This document shows, piece by piece, positions 38,109 through 50,634 of a stretch of DNA of 64,000 nt; positions within the stretch are counted from its first letter, which is position 1, and each line of letters opens with the position of its first letter. The position numbers and the translations under genes are program-made. The stretch spans positions 15,003,360 to 15,067,359 of the forward strand of contig NC_043019.1 of the NCBI RefSeq assembly GCF_006345805.1, given 5' to 3'. Source of the DNA: Octopus sinensis. Taxonomy: Eukaryota. The notes under the pieces are model-generated. The model ran no database searches and was not told the origin of the DNA. It saw nothing but the letters and a program-made list of their open reading frames with translations.

Positions 38109-38559
38109 ATGTATGTATGTATGTGTATATATATATATATACATACATACATACATACATGCACTAAAAATTTACAGAAAAGCAAAAGACGAAGACAGGG
38201 GTATGAATAACAAGCAGGTGTTTTAGTTTGATGCTTGGGAAAATGAAAGTCTTTTATGTTTCGGGCCTACGCTCTTCAGCAGACAGGAATACGAAAAAAT
38301 AAAGAGACAATAAAAAAAAAACTTGTGGATTTAGCGATCAGTCATGGCAATTATATATTAGACATAAGTTTCATAAACTACCAAATATAAATATCCACAC
38401 TGACACAACTGAGACATACCTGTTATAACTTTTTATCTCGATTTGAATGTACGTGAAGGTATTTAGAATGCTCAAACTTATTTCTGCAAATGTGCTAAGC
38501 ACTGCTGCTGAGCATTGTTTAATCAATAAGCGTAGGAGTGAGGTAAATGCAGAAAAAAT

Positions 38560-38886
38560 AAGGGAGTCAGTGGGGTCCCATTTAAGCGGCCCTTCAGAAA
38601 TTGAACCTCCTTATAATACTTCTTGGGAGTTCATGGTATGAAATTCATTGTCATTGCTTCGATATGGTCGCCAGTGCCACGTGTTTAGTTTAAAATGCAG
38701 TAAAATTAAGGTGGGAGCAGTGGAGTCCTAATTAGGCGGCCCTTGAAAAAAATAAACCCCGTTAGGATATTCCCAGGGGTTAGGGGAGTTGCTGGTTTGA
38801 GTTTCGTAGTCCTTGCACCAACGGTCTAGGAGTTAACGAACATAAAAACGCAACGGACAGATAAACATCATTCAAATTTATATTGG

Positions 38887-38890
<4 letters not shown>
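38560..38890 (+). mobile_element. Dispersed repeat, probably HINE-like; second copy at about 59600-59870
   Basis: TTAAGCGGCCCTTCAGAAATT..TGAAATTCATTGTCATTGC shared by both copies; internal ~140-bp imperfect duplication; 3' end ..AAATTTATATTGGGAGAT. Confidence 0.55.
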
Positions 38891-38937
<47 letters not shown>

Positions 38938-38940
<3 letters not shown>

Positions 38941-39215
38941 TGGTTCAGCCCAGGCCTGAGGTCATGCTGGTGTACCACCTGTAGTTACTCGGTGTTGTTA
39001 CCGGTATTGCTTTTGGTGAGGTAGCGAGTTGGGCGGAGCTGCTCTTCTTTCCGTCTCCTGCCGCGATGCGGGTTCATTTGGTATCTCAGATAGAAACCTG
39101 TCCAAAAATTCCTTGAAAACTTCCACATCAACACAATGTAGATTTCTAAGGTTGTCTATGCATTCTGTCATAGTTCCAAGCGAACCAATGCTTTGTGAGC
39201 GTGTTTGGTAAACAA
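38938..39215 (-). mobile_element. 3' end of a CR1-like LINE abutting (TA)n
   Basis: Minus frame DNLRNLHCVDVEVFKEFLDRFLSEIPNEP...RAAPPNSL resembles the C-terminus of invertebrate CR1-type ORF2 (FKxxLDxFLxxIPDEP..RAAxxNSL, from recall). Confidence 0.65.
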
Positions 39216-41261
39216 ACTATGTGGAAACTTGTTCGTTTGAATGTGTGTGTGTGTGAGAGTATATGTTTATATACGAATGTGTGCCTTTGCGCCTGTCTGT
39301 CACGCGCCGGCATTCGGCCACCAGTGTTGGTTCGTTTACAAACCCCGTAACTTAGCGGACTGACAACATAGTCCGATAGAATAAGTATCAGAATTGTAAA
39401 GACAAGTACAGGTGTAGATCTGATCGACTTAAAAAAAAAAAAACTTCAAAACAGTGCCCCAGCATGGCTGCATTCCAATGACCGAAACTAGATACATTAA
39501 CGTAAAGCTGAATCAATTCAGGTACCATTGCTGTACTGTGGTGGCGGTTGGGGCGGCTAATGTAGAGCTGCCGCACAACGTGCCGTATAGTTTTCTGTCC
39601 AATATCGTTTTTCGGTATTCTTCATTTTCCCCCGCCAAAAAAAAACCCACCTTTCCCAAATATTTCCACTTTTTGTTTATCGAGGGTTCTTATCATCCAT
39701 GTTGCTACCGCGTATTGTCGTATAGATCTTTTTGGCGGTTATTATCAAAGGCAATATTTCTCTATTTTTGTTCTAGTGAGCCAATTTTCCCTAACGCTTT
39801 ACCTTTTTAATCTATTATTTAACGCGGATTTTCTTTGGTTTTTTTTTTGTCTTTTAATATTCGAGTGTTGTTTGCAGCCATTTTGCTTCTTTATTATATT
39901 CCTTTTTTACTTTCCACACGCGGTATATATATGTATACTTTCTTTATTCTTCTGGAAAGCTTATTAACTGCCATCTGTATTGCTTTACTTTCGCCGTAAC
40001 CTCGAATGCATATTCTGCACTTTAATCTACTCTTCCACTTGTCTATTTTATCTTAGTGACTCCTATGTTTCGCAATAATACGATGTTTATTTAGCTCTGC
40101 ATTCTTCTATTATTGTGGCTATACATGCGTAGAGGAAATCGTTTAACTCGCTCACAACACGAGGTATTGATAGTTTTATTTATGCTGAATTCTCCTTTGT
40201 GCGTTGCTTTTTGCTTCCTTAATCTAGGATGGTATACAAAAGTAGGGTTTTTTGTTCGAAATGAGTCTGTTATTATATAAGTGTTATTTAAGCTTGTTCT
40301 AGAAAAGTTCGGTGGGTGTTGATGAGAAATCTTGTATATTTTTATGTCAACTTCCACTTATACGGGATAGATTTATTGCCACAGTTGATAATCGTGCATG
40401 TGCGCATATAAGGTCTGGCGGAAGGTGTTGTGCTCGTAGCCTTCATAATCCCATCGAGACCAAAGAAATCAAGATGGTGGCTGGTCAGTTTGAGCAGCTC
40501 CAAGATGATGGCTGTAGGAAGAGCACGATCAGTGGAATAAGGCATGTGGGCGCTGGCAGTTTGGCGCAGCTGTTTGGACGTTGGAGATTTGGCACGGCTG
40601 CAGTACATTAGAGGCAAACACCTAAAACCATACATACACGTGCACGCACCAAGTAGTATACGCGTACGGATAGAGGAAATGTGAGGGAGGGAGAGACACA
40701 TGCACACACACATGCGAGTATAACTAGATGCTCACGTGCATTCGAGCATGACTAGAAGCTCATACAGAGAGAGAGAGAGAGAGAGAGAGAAACAGTAAAA
40801 CGTCTGATGAAGGGAAATAACCCGAAAATGGCGATACACAGATATTGTTTTGAGCAGAGTGGGGGCGCTAGATTCCCTTGTTCGAAAATATAAGGACACA
40901 GATAGCATCGTATAGACAGCTGTAGACGATGTCTCCTGGGGCTAAAATTACAGCAACATTCGTCCTAAACCAGGACTGCCATGTTATGTTGGCAAACAAT
41001 CTTTACTCCAGTCTGATGACAAGTCAGTATCAAATCAGCGACGCCACATAGACGGCGCCAAAATGTCTCATATCCTTGACCAGAAGGAATATTATAGAGG
41101 ACTGACAATCTGGGGGGGGGGGGGAAGGGCTGGGCCAGGCAATTGTGAGGCTTGGAATTGGTATTTCAAAATACCAGTTTCATTTCTAGTGTATGAAAAC
41201 CCCCGACTTTGCCATGCACGTAAACTCTTTATTCTGTTGTTCGGCGCAGACGTATTTGTGT

Positions 41262-41660
41262 AGTAAGAGGATTGCTTCGCAACCACATGGTTCCGGCTTC
41301 AGTCCCACAGCGTGATACCTTGGGCAAGTGTCTCCTAATATAGCCTCGGGCCGACCAAAGCCTTGTGAGTGGATTTGGTAGACGGAAACTGAAAGAAGCC
41401 CGTCTTGTCTGTCTTCTCTCTCTCTTTCTCTCTCTGTTTGTGTGTCTTTGTGTCTTTGGGCCTCACCACCGTTTGACGCTCTGTGTTGCTGTGTTTATGT
41501 CCCCGTAAGGTAGCGGTTCGGCAAAAGGATCGATAGAAAAAGTACCGGGCTTGAAATAATATAAAACAAAGACTAAAACAAAGCAAAAAAAATCAGACAA
41601 ATATTTGGATCGATTCATTCGACTAAAAATTCTTCAAGGCGGTGCCCCAGCATGGCCGCA
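41262..41660 (+). mobile_element. SINE family B
   Basis: Consensus match. Confidence 0.8.
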
Positions 41661-42689
41661 ATCCAATGGCGAACAGCTCACCCCACCCCCAAAAGACAAA
41701 AAGACTGAGTAGCCAGAGACAATGCGGTTAATTATTTGCGAATCTCCCCCACGTTCTACGATTAGCGAATGCGGCTTCATTCCATGCTTTTGGTGGTTTC
41801 TGTGAGAAAGGCTTTGATCCTATGTCGCTATCAGGAAGCTTCCAGTCTCTCGGCTTTCACTTCTTTGCTAATCAACAAGTATGGTGTCTTACAATTATTG
41901 TGGTTATTTGTTTTGTTTTGTTTTCACTGTTCTAATAAATGAAAATATCATTCTTCTATTCTGCATCACACTCTACCGCCACAATTCTCATGAAAAAAAA
42001 AAACAAAAACAAACACAAAAACACCAAAACCAAACGGAAAAATAAAAGTGTTAAATAACTTTTAACTTAGAAAAATTTAATATTTCTAGCAAGAATTGAC
42101 GAAACGTGTTTTGGAATATAAGATTAACGGATTAAAAATACTAAAAGGTCAAAAACAAAAGTAGAATTTTGCTACGGTGGAACCTCGGTTTACGAACGCC
42201 TCTCACAAGGAACAAATCGGTTTACGAACAGTTTTTAGAACATTAAGCGTCTCGGGTGACGAACGGTGTCTCGAGTAACGAACACGCAAGCCTTGGATAA
42301 ATCAATACAGCGGTTATATTCTAGTCTCTTTCTCTCTCATATCTTTTTTCTTTCAGTATAATGATTTTAGGATGACGGTGCATGGTTTAGTGGTCAAGCT
42401 ATTGCACTCACGGTCGCTTGATCGTGGGTTCGATTCCAAGAGCAGGTAGCGCGTTGTGTTCTTGAGCAAATCAATTCATTTCACGTTACCCATTTTGGGT
42501 ACAACTGCGACGGAATATCCTTCCGGTCGATAAAGGAGATAAAGTATTGGTGATCCCAAAACGAAGGTGTGTGGATGTGTGTATGTGTGTGCGTCTGTAA
42601 CGTGTGGATGTATGGATGATGGTGCCTGCTGTTGGTGCTGGGAAGTGGTTAGTGTGTGTAGGTGTGGTGTGTGTGAGGGGAATATGGGG

Positions 42690-42726
<37 letters not shown>

Positions 42727-42810
42727 GAATAAGGGTTGAAATTGATATTAATTAATTAAAACCAGTGGCCTAGCATATTAAAGAAATCCGAAGATTAAAA
42801 TATTTTTACA

Positions 42811-42960
42811 TACAAAATTTAAAGGACTGACCACTAAAAGTGGACGGTCAACATGCTAGATATAGACGTCTTCCACATTCTTCGTGGAAAATAGCGATTT
42901 TGACGTCTATATCTAGCATGTTGACCGTCCACTTTTAGTGGTCAGTCCTTTAAATTTGTA
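42811..42960. repeat. Fold-back: 60-bp inverted arms, 31-nt loop, ending in (TA)n
   Basis: 42811-42870 is the reverse complement of 42902-42960 (one indel). Confidence 0.95.
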
Positions 42961-42986
42961 TATATATAATTTTGTGTGTGTGTGTG

Positions 42987-43044
<58 letters not shown>

Positions 43045-43201
43045 ATATACATACACACACACACATACACGACGGACACGGGCTTATAGTTTGCCCAAGG
43101 TGCCACGCGGTGGGACTGAACCTGGAACCATGTGGTTGGGAAGCAAGCTACTTACCACACAGTCACTCCTGCACATTATATATATTTTATATTTTTTATA
43201 G

Positions 43202-43404
43202 ATACCAATATATTGGATTGGAACTGCAGTAATTACCTCGCTGTAACTCTGAAACAAACGGTGTACGTGTGGTGTGCCGAGAAGGGCACCTGTCGGCGGA
43301 TTCGCGTCAATTTCTCCGAATACGAGCGCGCGTTTCTAACAGCTTTGTCTTGGAACCTGAGCGGGAAATCTTTAGCCGTTGGTACGAATGGCGGCGAAGT
43401 ACTG
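43202..43404 (+). CDS. CDC20/Fizzy-family gene, coding exon 3 (first WD40 repeats)
   Basis: TATAG|AT acceptor (T+AT = Tyr with exon 2); YTNILDWNCSNYLAVTLKQTVYVW...LTALSWNLSGKSLAVGTNGGEVL matches the Cdc20/Cdh1 YLNLLDWS..LAVAL..VYLW..SW...LAVGT..GEV pattern; donor CTG|GTAAGT, phase 0. Confidence 0.9.
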
Positions 43405-43756
43405 GTAAGTGAACAGTTCAATATTTTATTTTCTTCTTGCTTTAGTCATGTGACTGCGGCCATACAGGAGCACCACTTTGAAGTGTTTTTGTCGAATAAT
43501 TCTACCCCAGGCCTTATTCTTAAGCCTAGTACATTTTTTCGGTCTCTTTTGCTGAAGCGCGAGGTTACGGAGATGTAAACATGCCAACACCTTCTTTTAG
43601 TTTCCGTTTACCAATTTGACTCACAAGGCTTTGGTTGGCCCGAGGCTATAGAGGAAGACACTTGCGCAGGGTGCTACGCAGTAGGACTGAACCCAGAACC
43701 ATGTGGTTGGGAAGCAAGCTTCTTACTATATAGCCACGCCTGTATGTATGCACGTG

Positions 43757-43990
43757 CGGCGAGCTGGCAGAAACGTTAGCACGCCGGACGAAATGCTTAG
43801 CTGCATTTCGTCTGCCGCTACGTTCTGTGTTCAAATTCTGCCGAGGTTGACTTTGCCTTTCATCCTTTTGGGGTCGATTAAATAAGTACCAGTTACGCAC
43901 TGTGGTCAATGTAATCGACTTAATCCGTTTGTCTGTCTTTGTTTGTCCTCTCTCTGTTTAGCCCCTTGCGGGTAGTAAAGAAATAGGTAT
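43757..43990 (+). mobile_element. SINE family A, full length
   Basis: GCGGCGAGCTGGCAGAAACGTTAGC head to GTAAAGAAATAGG tail. Confidence 0.85.
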
Positions 43991-44203
43991 GTATGTACGT
44001 GCATATACACGCACACGCTCGACGAGCTTCTTTCAGTTTCCGTCTACCAAATTCCTTTCGGGATCGATGAACTAAGTACCAGTTGCATACTGGGGTCGAT
44101 GTGATCGACTGTCTCCCTTCTCACAAAATCCAGGCCTTGTGCGTATAGTAGAGAAGATTATTAAGGCGGCAAGCTGGTAGAATCGAAAAACTTTGGGAAC
44201 CAC

Positions 44204-44303
44204 NNNNNNNNNNNNNNNNNNNNNNNNNNNNNNNNNNNNNNNNNNNNNNNNNNNNNNNNNNNNNNNNNNNNNNNNNNNNNNNNNNNNNNNNNNNNNNNNN
44301 NNN
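44204..44303. other. Assembly gap of exactly 100 N; next contig begins with GATC
   Basis: Direct inspection; fixed-length gap implies unknown true size. Confidence 0.98.
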
Positions 44304-44493
44304 GATCGACCTCCTCCGCAAAGGGTCCGATACAGCTTGGCACCAGTGACGTCACAACTCATTTCTACAGCTGAGTGAACTGAGGTAACATGGAAATAAA
44401 GTGTCTTGCTCAAGAACACAACTTACATCCAGATCTTTGAAACGCGCACTATGAGCTTATGAGGCAGAGAGAAATGTGTGCGTGTGTGTGTGT

Positions 44494-44535
<42 letters not shown>

Positions 44536-44706
44536 ATAGCTATAACTGTATACGTTTATGACCCACAACACTGAGCCCCAACTTCATTATGACACACAAG
44601 TTTTATTTGGGAAACAATCGATGCATACAAACATACATACATGCATATATGCATACATGTGCGTATGGTACGAATGTGCTTGTGTGTGTGGGGGGGGTGT
44701 ATACAA

Positions 44707-44750
<44 letters not shown>

Positions 44751-44767
44751 ATATATATATATATATA

Positions 44768-44799
<32 letters not shown>

Positions 44800-45087
44800 T
44801 TCATACATACATATACATATATACAAATACATATATAAAAGTATGTATAATAGTATGTGTGTGCGTATGTGTGTGTATATATATATGTATATGTATATGC
44901 AGAAAGAGAGAGGGGGAAAGAAGGTAGCAAGCCGTACCGAAACAAACAAAAAAAAAGAGGAAAACAATATGTTGTAATTAACGGAAATAATTTGCAGAAC
45001 ATTCTCATTAGGACACGGTGTGTTAATTATCACAATATACAAACGATTGCAGACTCGTTCGACCATTTCGACCGAGTGACTGAGCAA

Positions 45088-45118
<31 letters not shown>

Positions 45119-45636
45119 GAAAGAAAGAGAGAGAGAGAGGGGGGCAGTGGGAGGGGGGTGACAAAAGGACAAGAGGGAGCGAGCCAGGGAGCAGGCCTGG
45201 TTGTTAAGAAAATGGACTATTTACACAGTTCAATACCAAATATTATTCCTAAATTATTTAAATAACTATGAAATTCACGTCTAATCATCCAGAAATGGTT
45301 TCAACCACTCAATGAACAATATTTATTCGACTTTTATATTATTTCTTGCTGTTCGCCATTCGATAATATTGATTTCAGTTGTTGGTGTGTTGTTGTTGTT
45401 GTTGTTGTTGTTTTTGTTGTTGTTTCATCGGATTATTTTGCTACAAGTTATTAATTAATTTATTTGTTTGTTTGTGTTGTTTATTTGTTTGTTTGTTTGT
45501 TTGTATATTCATTTATTGCTTTATTTATTTATTTATTTATTTGTTTGTGTTTCACAGAATTATTGCCACTTCTGCCTTCACTCTCTGAGTATTCGATTTG
45601 ATTAAATTCGTGAAGTTTTAATTAAATCCCTCTGCA

Positions 45637-45647
45637 GATAGATAGAT

Positions 45648-45694
<47 letters not shown>

Positions 45695-45703
45695 GGATAG
45701 ATG

Positions 45704-45750
<47 letters not shown>

Positions 45751-45780
45751 GGATTGGTAGATTGATAGATAGATAGATAC
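45637..45780. repeat. (GATA)n microsatellite
   Basis: Direct inspection. Confidence 0.95.
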
Positions 45781-45903
45781 ATACATACATATATACATAC
45801 ATTCATACATACATACAGACATACATACAGACAGACAGACAGGCATATGTACATATAGATGTATACATATGTATACATATATATAAATATCTGTATATAT
45901 ATG

Positions 45904-45977
<74 letters not shown>

Positions 45978-46157
45978 TTGTATGTTTAGTACGTTTGTAT
46001 GTTTCTATATATATATATATATACAAAGTAGGCAAACATACATAAGTATTGTGTGTGTGGTCTGTGTGTGTCTTGCGTGTGTGTGCATGAATGTATATAT
46101 ATATATAGATATATTTGTGTGCGTGTGTTTAGGCTTGTTTTGTAGTTGTTATTGCTG

Positions 46158-46189
<32 letters not shown>

Positions 46190-46215
46190 TGTTGTTGTTG
46201 TAGCAGCAGCATCAT

Positions 46216-46325
<110 letters not shown>

Positions 46326-46592
46326 TGAGCTGCAAAGCCAAATACATCATATCATGCTTCTGACTGGCTGCAATATTAAAACCGAAACAGGTCGTCCACC
46401 CCGTATCGATCTCATCGCGGTCACGAGGGCCTGCGAAGCACGATGGGCTCAGCCCCTTTCCCACAACACAAATCAATAAATTAAAATACCATTGAAAAAA
46501 ATATACATACATAAATATATATATATATATATAAATTATATATATAAAACATATATATATATACATATAAATATATATATATATATATTATA

Positions 46593-46691
<99 letters not shown>

Positions 46692-47410
46692 ATAATCCTG
46701 CACAAATTTTCATTTAATTAAATCAAGTTATCAACTTTATCCGCCATGACAGCGTCACAAGGGAAATAACTCTTGTTTACTGCTACAGATTAGTTGGTCT
46801 TCGTGGTTTGTTTTTGTTTTTGTTTTTGTTTTTGTTTTTGTTTTTGTTTTTTTTCCCCCCTTTTTTAATGGCTTCAACATATCTTCCTATAAATATATTT
46901 ATTATTTGGTGGGGTAATAAGATGGATGAAGGGGAGAGAGGAGTAGTCAGGAGGAAGGGTGGTGCCGAAAACCCTCTGAGATTGGTAGAGGCAGAAATTG
47001 TGTCTTCCCCCACCGAAATGAAATATAAAAAATGTTAATCACGTTATTTATTGATTTTTATCCTCAAAACTAGTATTTTGACCCGAATATTTGCTGAAGA
47101 ACGGAGTCCGCTAAAGCTGCTCAATAACCAGAGGCGAATTGGCTGAGTGGTTAGAGCATCGGATGGAATGCTTCGTGTTTTGAGTTCAATTCCCATCGTG
47201 GTCAACCTTGCCTTTCTTTCTTTCAGGGCCGATTTTTAAAATTTAGCAATATTACTGATGTAAGGTATTGGAATGATGGGACTGTTAGAAATTGGGACCG
47301 GATGCTGGGCAGTAATTGTTCTAACGTTCGACGCTCTGAGTTCAATCCCGCACCACGGTCAACTTTGCCTTACATTCTTTCGGGGCCGATTTTAAAGATT
47401 AAGGAATATA

Positions 47411-47680
47411 GGCGCAGGAGTGGCTATGTGGTAAATAGCTTGCTTACCAGCCACATGGTCCCGGCTTCAGTCTCACCGCGTGGCACCTTGAGCAAGTGTC
47501 TTCTCCTACAGCCTGGGGCCGATCAATGCCTTGTGAACGGATTTAGTAGACGGAAACTGGAAGAAGCTCGTCGTATATATATATATATTATATATATATG
47601 TATGTAATGTAATGTAATGTAATGTAATGTAATGAATGAATGAATGAATGAATGAATGAATGAATGTATGTATGTATGTA

Positions 47681-47716
<36 letters not shown>

Positions 47717-47730
47717 CGTGCGTGCGTGTG

Positions 47731-47761
<31 letters not shown>

Positions 47762-47851
47762 ATGCATGCATGCATGTAGGTATGTATGTATGCATGCATG
47801 CATGCATGCATGCGTGCGTGCGTGCGTGCGTGCGTGTATGTATGTATGTGG

Positions 47852-47885
<34 letters not shown>

Positions 47886-48117
47886 GTGTGTGTGTGTGTG
47901 TGTGTTTGTATATGTTTGTGTATCTGCTTGTCCCTGCAACATCGCTTGACAACCGATGGTGGTGTGTTTACCTCTCCGTAACATTAGCGGTTTGGCAAAA
48001 GTAACCGATAGAATAAGTACTAGGCTTATAAAGAACAAGCTCTGGAGTCGATTTGCTCGACTAACGGCGGTGCTCCAGCATGGCTGCAGTCAAATGACTG
48101 AAACAAGTAAAAGAGTA
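47411..48117 (+). mobile_element. SINE family B with an expanded ~330-bp compound central microsatellite
   Basis: Head at 47411, tail ..AAAGAGTA at 48117. Confidence 0.9.
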
Positions 48118-48819
48118 CACCAATGTCGGGCGGTGGATTTAGAGAACTGTTAGACACTCAAACCAGATGCCTTTCAGAAAGTGTTCTAACGTTCAGCAGT
48201 CTGAGTTCGATTCCCAGCGAGGTCAACGTTACCATTCATTCTTGAAACATATACCAATGAAGGGCAGTAATTTAACAGAGCTGTTAGAAACTCGGACCGA
48301 ATGCCTTGCAGTATTTGTTCCGGCTCTTTGCGTTCTGAGTTCAAATCCCGACACGGTCTGCTTGAATAGTGGCCCTAATCCTAATCCTAATCCGTTGCCA
48401 GATTTAACATCATCCATTGACTCTTTGTTCGAGGGTTTCCGTCAAAAGAGTCCGTTTTGTTTCAAGCTTTCGGGTCAGGTCGTTGATTTCAGGATACCTA
48501 TATCCGCGCCCCCTTCATCCCCACCGTCCTCTTTCTCCTACCAATGTCGAAGATTTTGTGAAGGGCCACGAGTACTGTGTTCCCGCTTTGTCATTTATTA
48601 TTTTTTTTATTTCACCTTTTAAAGATTTTGCTGCAGATTTTCTATAAAAGTTGAAGGCTTTCGAAAAAAGACTTTTTGGGGAAAAAAACAATACTTTTAA
48701 GCCTTTAATTATAGAAAATCGGACCCGAAAAACTGAAACGCAAAAGTTGGCCACAACGGGAATTGAACTCAGAGAGCCGAGCGTTAGAACAAATATTGCA
48801 CGGCATTCGGGGTAGATAA

Positions 48820-49235
48820 AACAGGGGACAACTGATGAAGGGAATGTTCTTTATGTTGCCCGTCTCGTTTCTCTGTTTGTTTCTTTTGTTGTGCGAAAAA
48901 AAGTTCGTTTTCCATGTTTTGTTTTTTGTGTTCGCGTTTCTCATTTTGCTCACGTTTTTTTTTATGTCTTGTACCCATATATGCATGTATATATACATAT
49001 AAACGTAGACATGTACATGTGTGTGAGTATGTGACCTCGTGCGTACCGTTGGCGATTTTTTTTTCCTCTGTCTTCCCTTCTCTGGATCTTTCCTTCCCCT
49101 ATGTTTCCGACGACAAGAGCTCCGCTTGAAAACGTTAAACCCTCCTTCCTTCCCTCTTTCCTGAGCGTCCATAATACTATATTTGTTCCCTTCCTTGCAT
49201 TGTTGTTTTTTTGTGCTTTCATGTTTGGATTAACT
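48820..49235 (+). mobile_element. (TA)n-abutting repeat, possible Penelope-like terminal repeat; partial related copy at about 59280-59420; tail duplicated at about 49346-49435
   Basis: Shared GACAACTGATGAAGGG..GTTTCTTT segment; decayed hammerhead-like motif at 49107-49140; ends GATTAACTT-(TA)n. Class is inferred. Confidence 0.45.
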
Positions 49236-49239
49236 TAGA

Positions 49240-49273
<34 letters not shown>

Positions 49274-49437
49274 ATATATAAATAAATGTATGTATGTATG
49301 TATGTATGCATGCATGTATGTATGTATGTATGTATATATATATATGTTCCTGAGCGTCCATACACTATACTTGTTCCACGCTCTCGCGTTGTTGTGTTTT
49401 CTCTTTGTGTTTTCATGATTAGATTAACTTATATATG

Positions 49438-49477
<40 letters not shown>

Positions 49478-49536
49478 TACATATGTATGTATGTATGTAT
49501 GTATTATGTATGTATGTATGTATGTATGTATGTGTG

Positions 49537-49568
<32 letters not shown>

Positions 49569-50553
49569 TGTATGTATGTATGTATGTATGTGTGCATGTA
49601 TGTGTCTATGTATGTATGTATGTATGTATCTATGCGTGCGTGTGTGTGTGTGTGTGTGTATGTCATTGTTCAGTTTCGTTTCAAGATTTCTTGCCAATAG
49701 AGAAAGAACCGGTTTCGAACCTAGATCCAAGGCTACTCCATTGGAATTTCAACATCATATGTATGCATGCATGCCTGTCTGTATTTATGTATATATGTGT
49801 GTATGTTTGTATATACACGTGTGCTTGTGTTTGTGTTCGTGTGTGTGTATGCGTGTGTGTATGTGTGTGCACGAGCGTGCGTCGTGTGTGCGTGGTTGTG
49901 TGTGTATGTGTGTGTGCATGAGAGCTTGTAAGTGTGTGTGCGTGCGTCCGTGTGTGTGGTATCACTTTGAAGACTACTGGTAACACGGAATCCGGTGCAA
50001 CCCTGCTACTTCCGTGCTTCGCTCGTCGGCAACTTAACGACAATCCTACACTTTGTCGAGTTGCTTCCCTTCCTTTTGTAGACCGAGTCCTAACACAGAC
50101 TGGCGTGTCTCTTCATTCATTCATCTTTGCTAATCTAAGTCTTGCAACTCCCTAAACGTGAGAAGCTGTCTTAAAAAGGAAAAGACACTGAACAATACAG
50201 CCGGGAGTAAAGTTATTACAAAGGATGAGCAGGACGGTCGTGGAAGGATCACATTTGGATATAGGTCAGAAGAAACTATGAGCGAAATAACAACACAGCT
50301 CATCCAGCCGCTTTTTTCCTGCTCTCTCTCTCTCTTTATCTCTCTCTCTCTTACTCTCTCAGTCTCTAACTCTCTCTGTCTATCATTTGTAAGGGACATA
50401 ACTCTTCTAAACGTATACAGAGCTATTTCCCTTGGTAGTTTGATCAATCTGACATTAAATGGTTATTAATGACGATATTTCGGATAAGACGTGGAGCTGG
50501 CAGAAACGTTAGCACGCTGGGTGAAATATATATATATATACTTTATTTAAAGC

Positions 50554-50612
50554 AGCAGAAAATTCAACAAAACCTGTTACCCAGAGTAACAGTTTTTGTT
50601 GAATTTTCTGCT
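50554..50612. repeat. Small (TA)n-flanked hairpin, 27-bp stem, 5-nt loop
   Basis: AGCAGAAAATTCAACAAAACCTGTTAC-CCAGA-GTAACAGTTTTTGTTGAATTTTCTGCT, one mismatch. Confidence 0.9.
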
Positions 50613-50634
50613 ATATATATATATTATATATATT

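Noticed and set aside
42173-42290. Tigger-like terminus TACGGTGGAACCTCGGTTTACGAAC
   Set aside because: Only one end is present; no matching TIR or TSD, so not reported as an element.
29028-43201. miR-34/449-like cluster in the introns, as in vertebrate CDC20B
   Set aside because: No TGGCAGTG seed-containing hairpin seen by eye in either intron; a computational scan would be needed to exclude it fully.
48832-48860. CTGATGAAGGG as a hammerhead core (also 59295)
   Set aside because: No paired stem II followed by GAAA in either copy.
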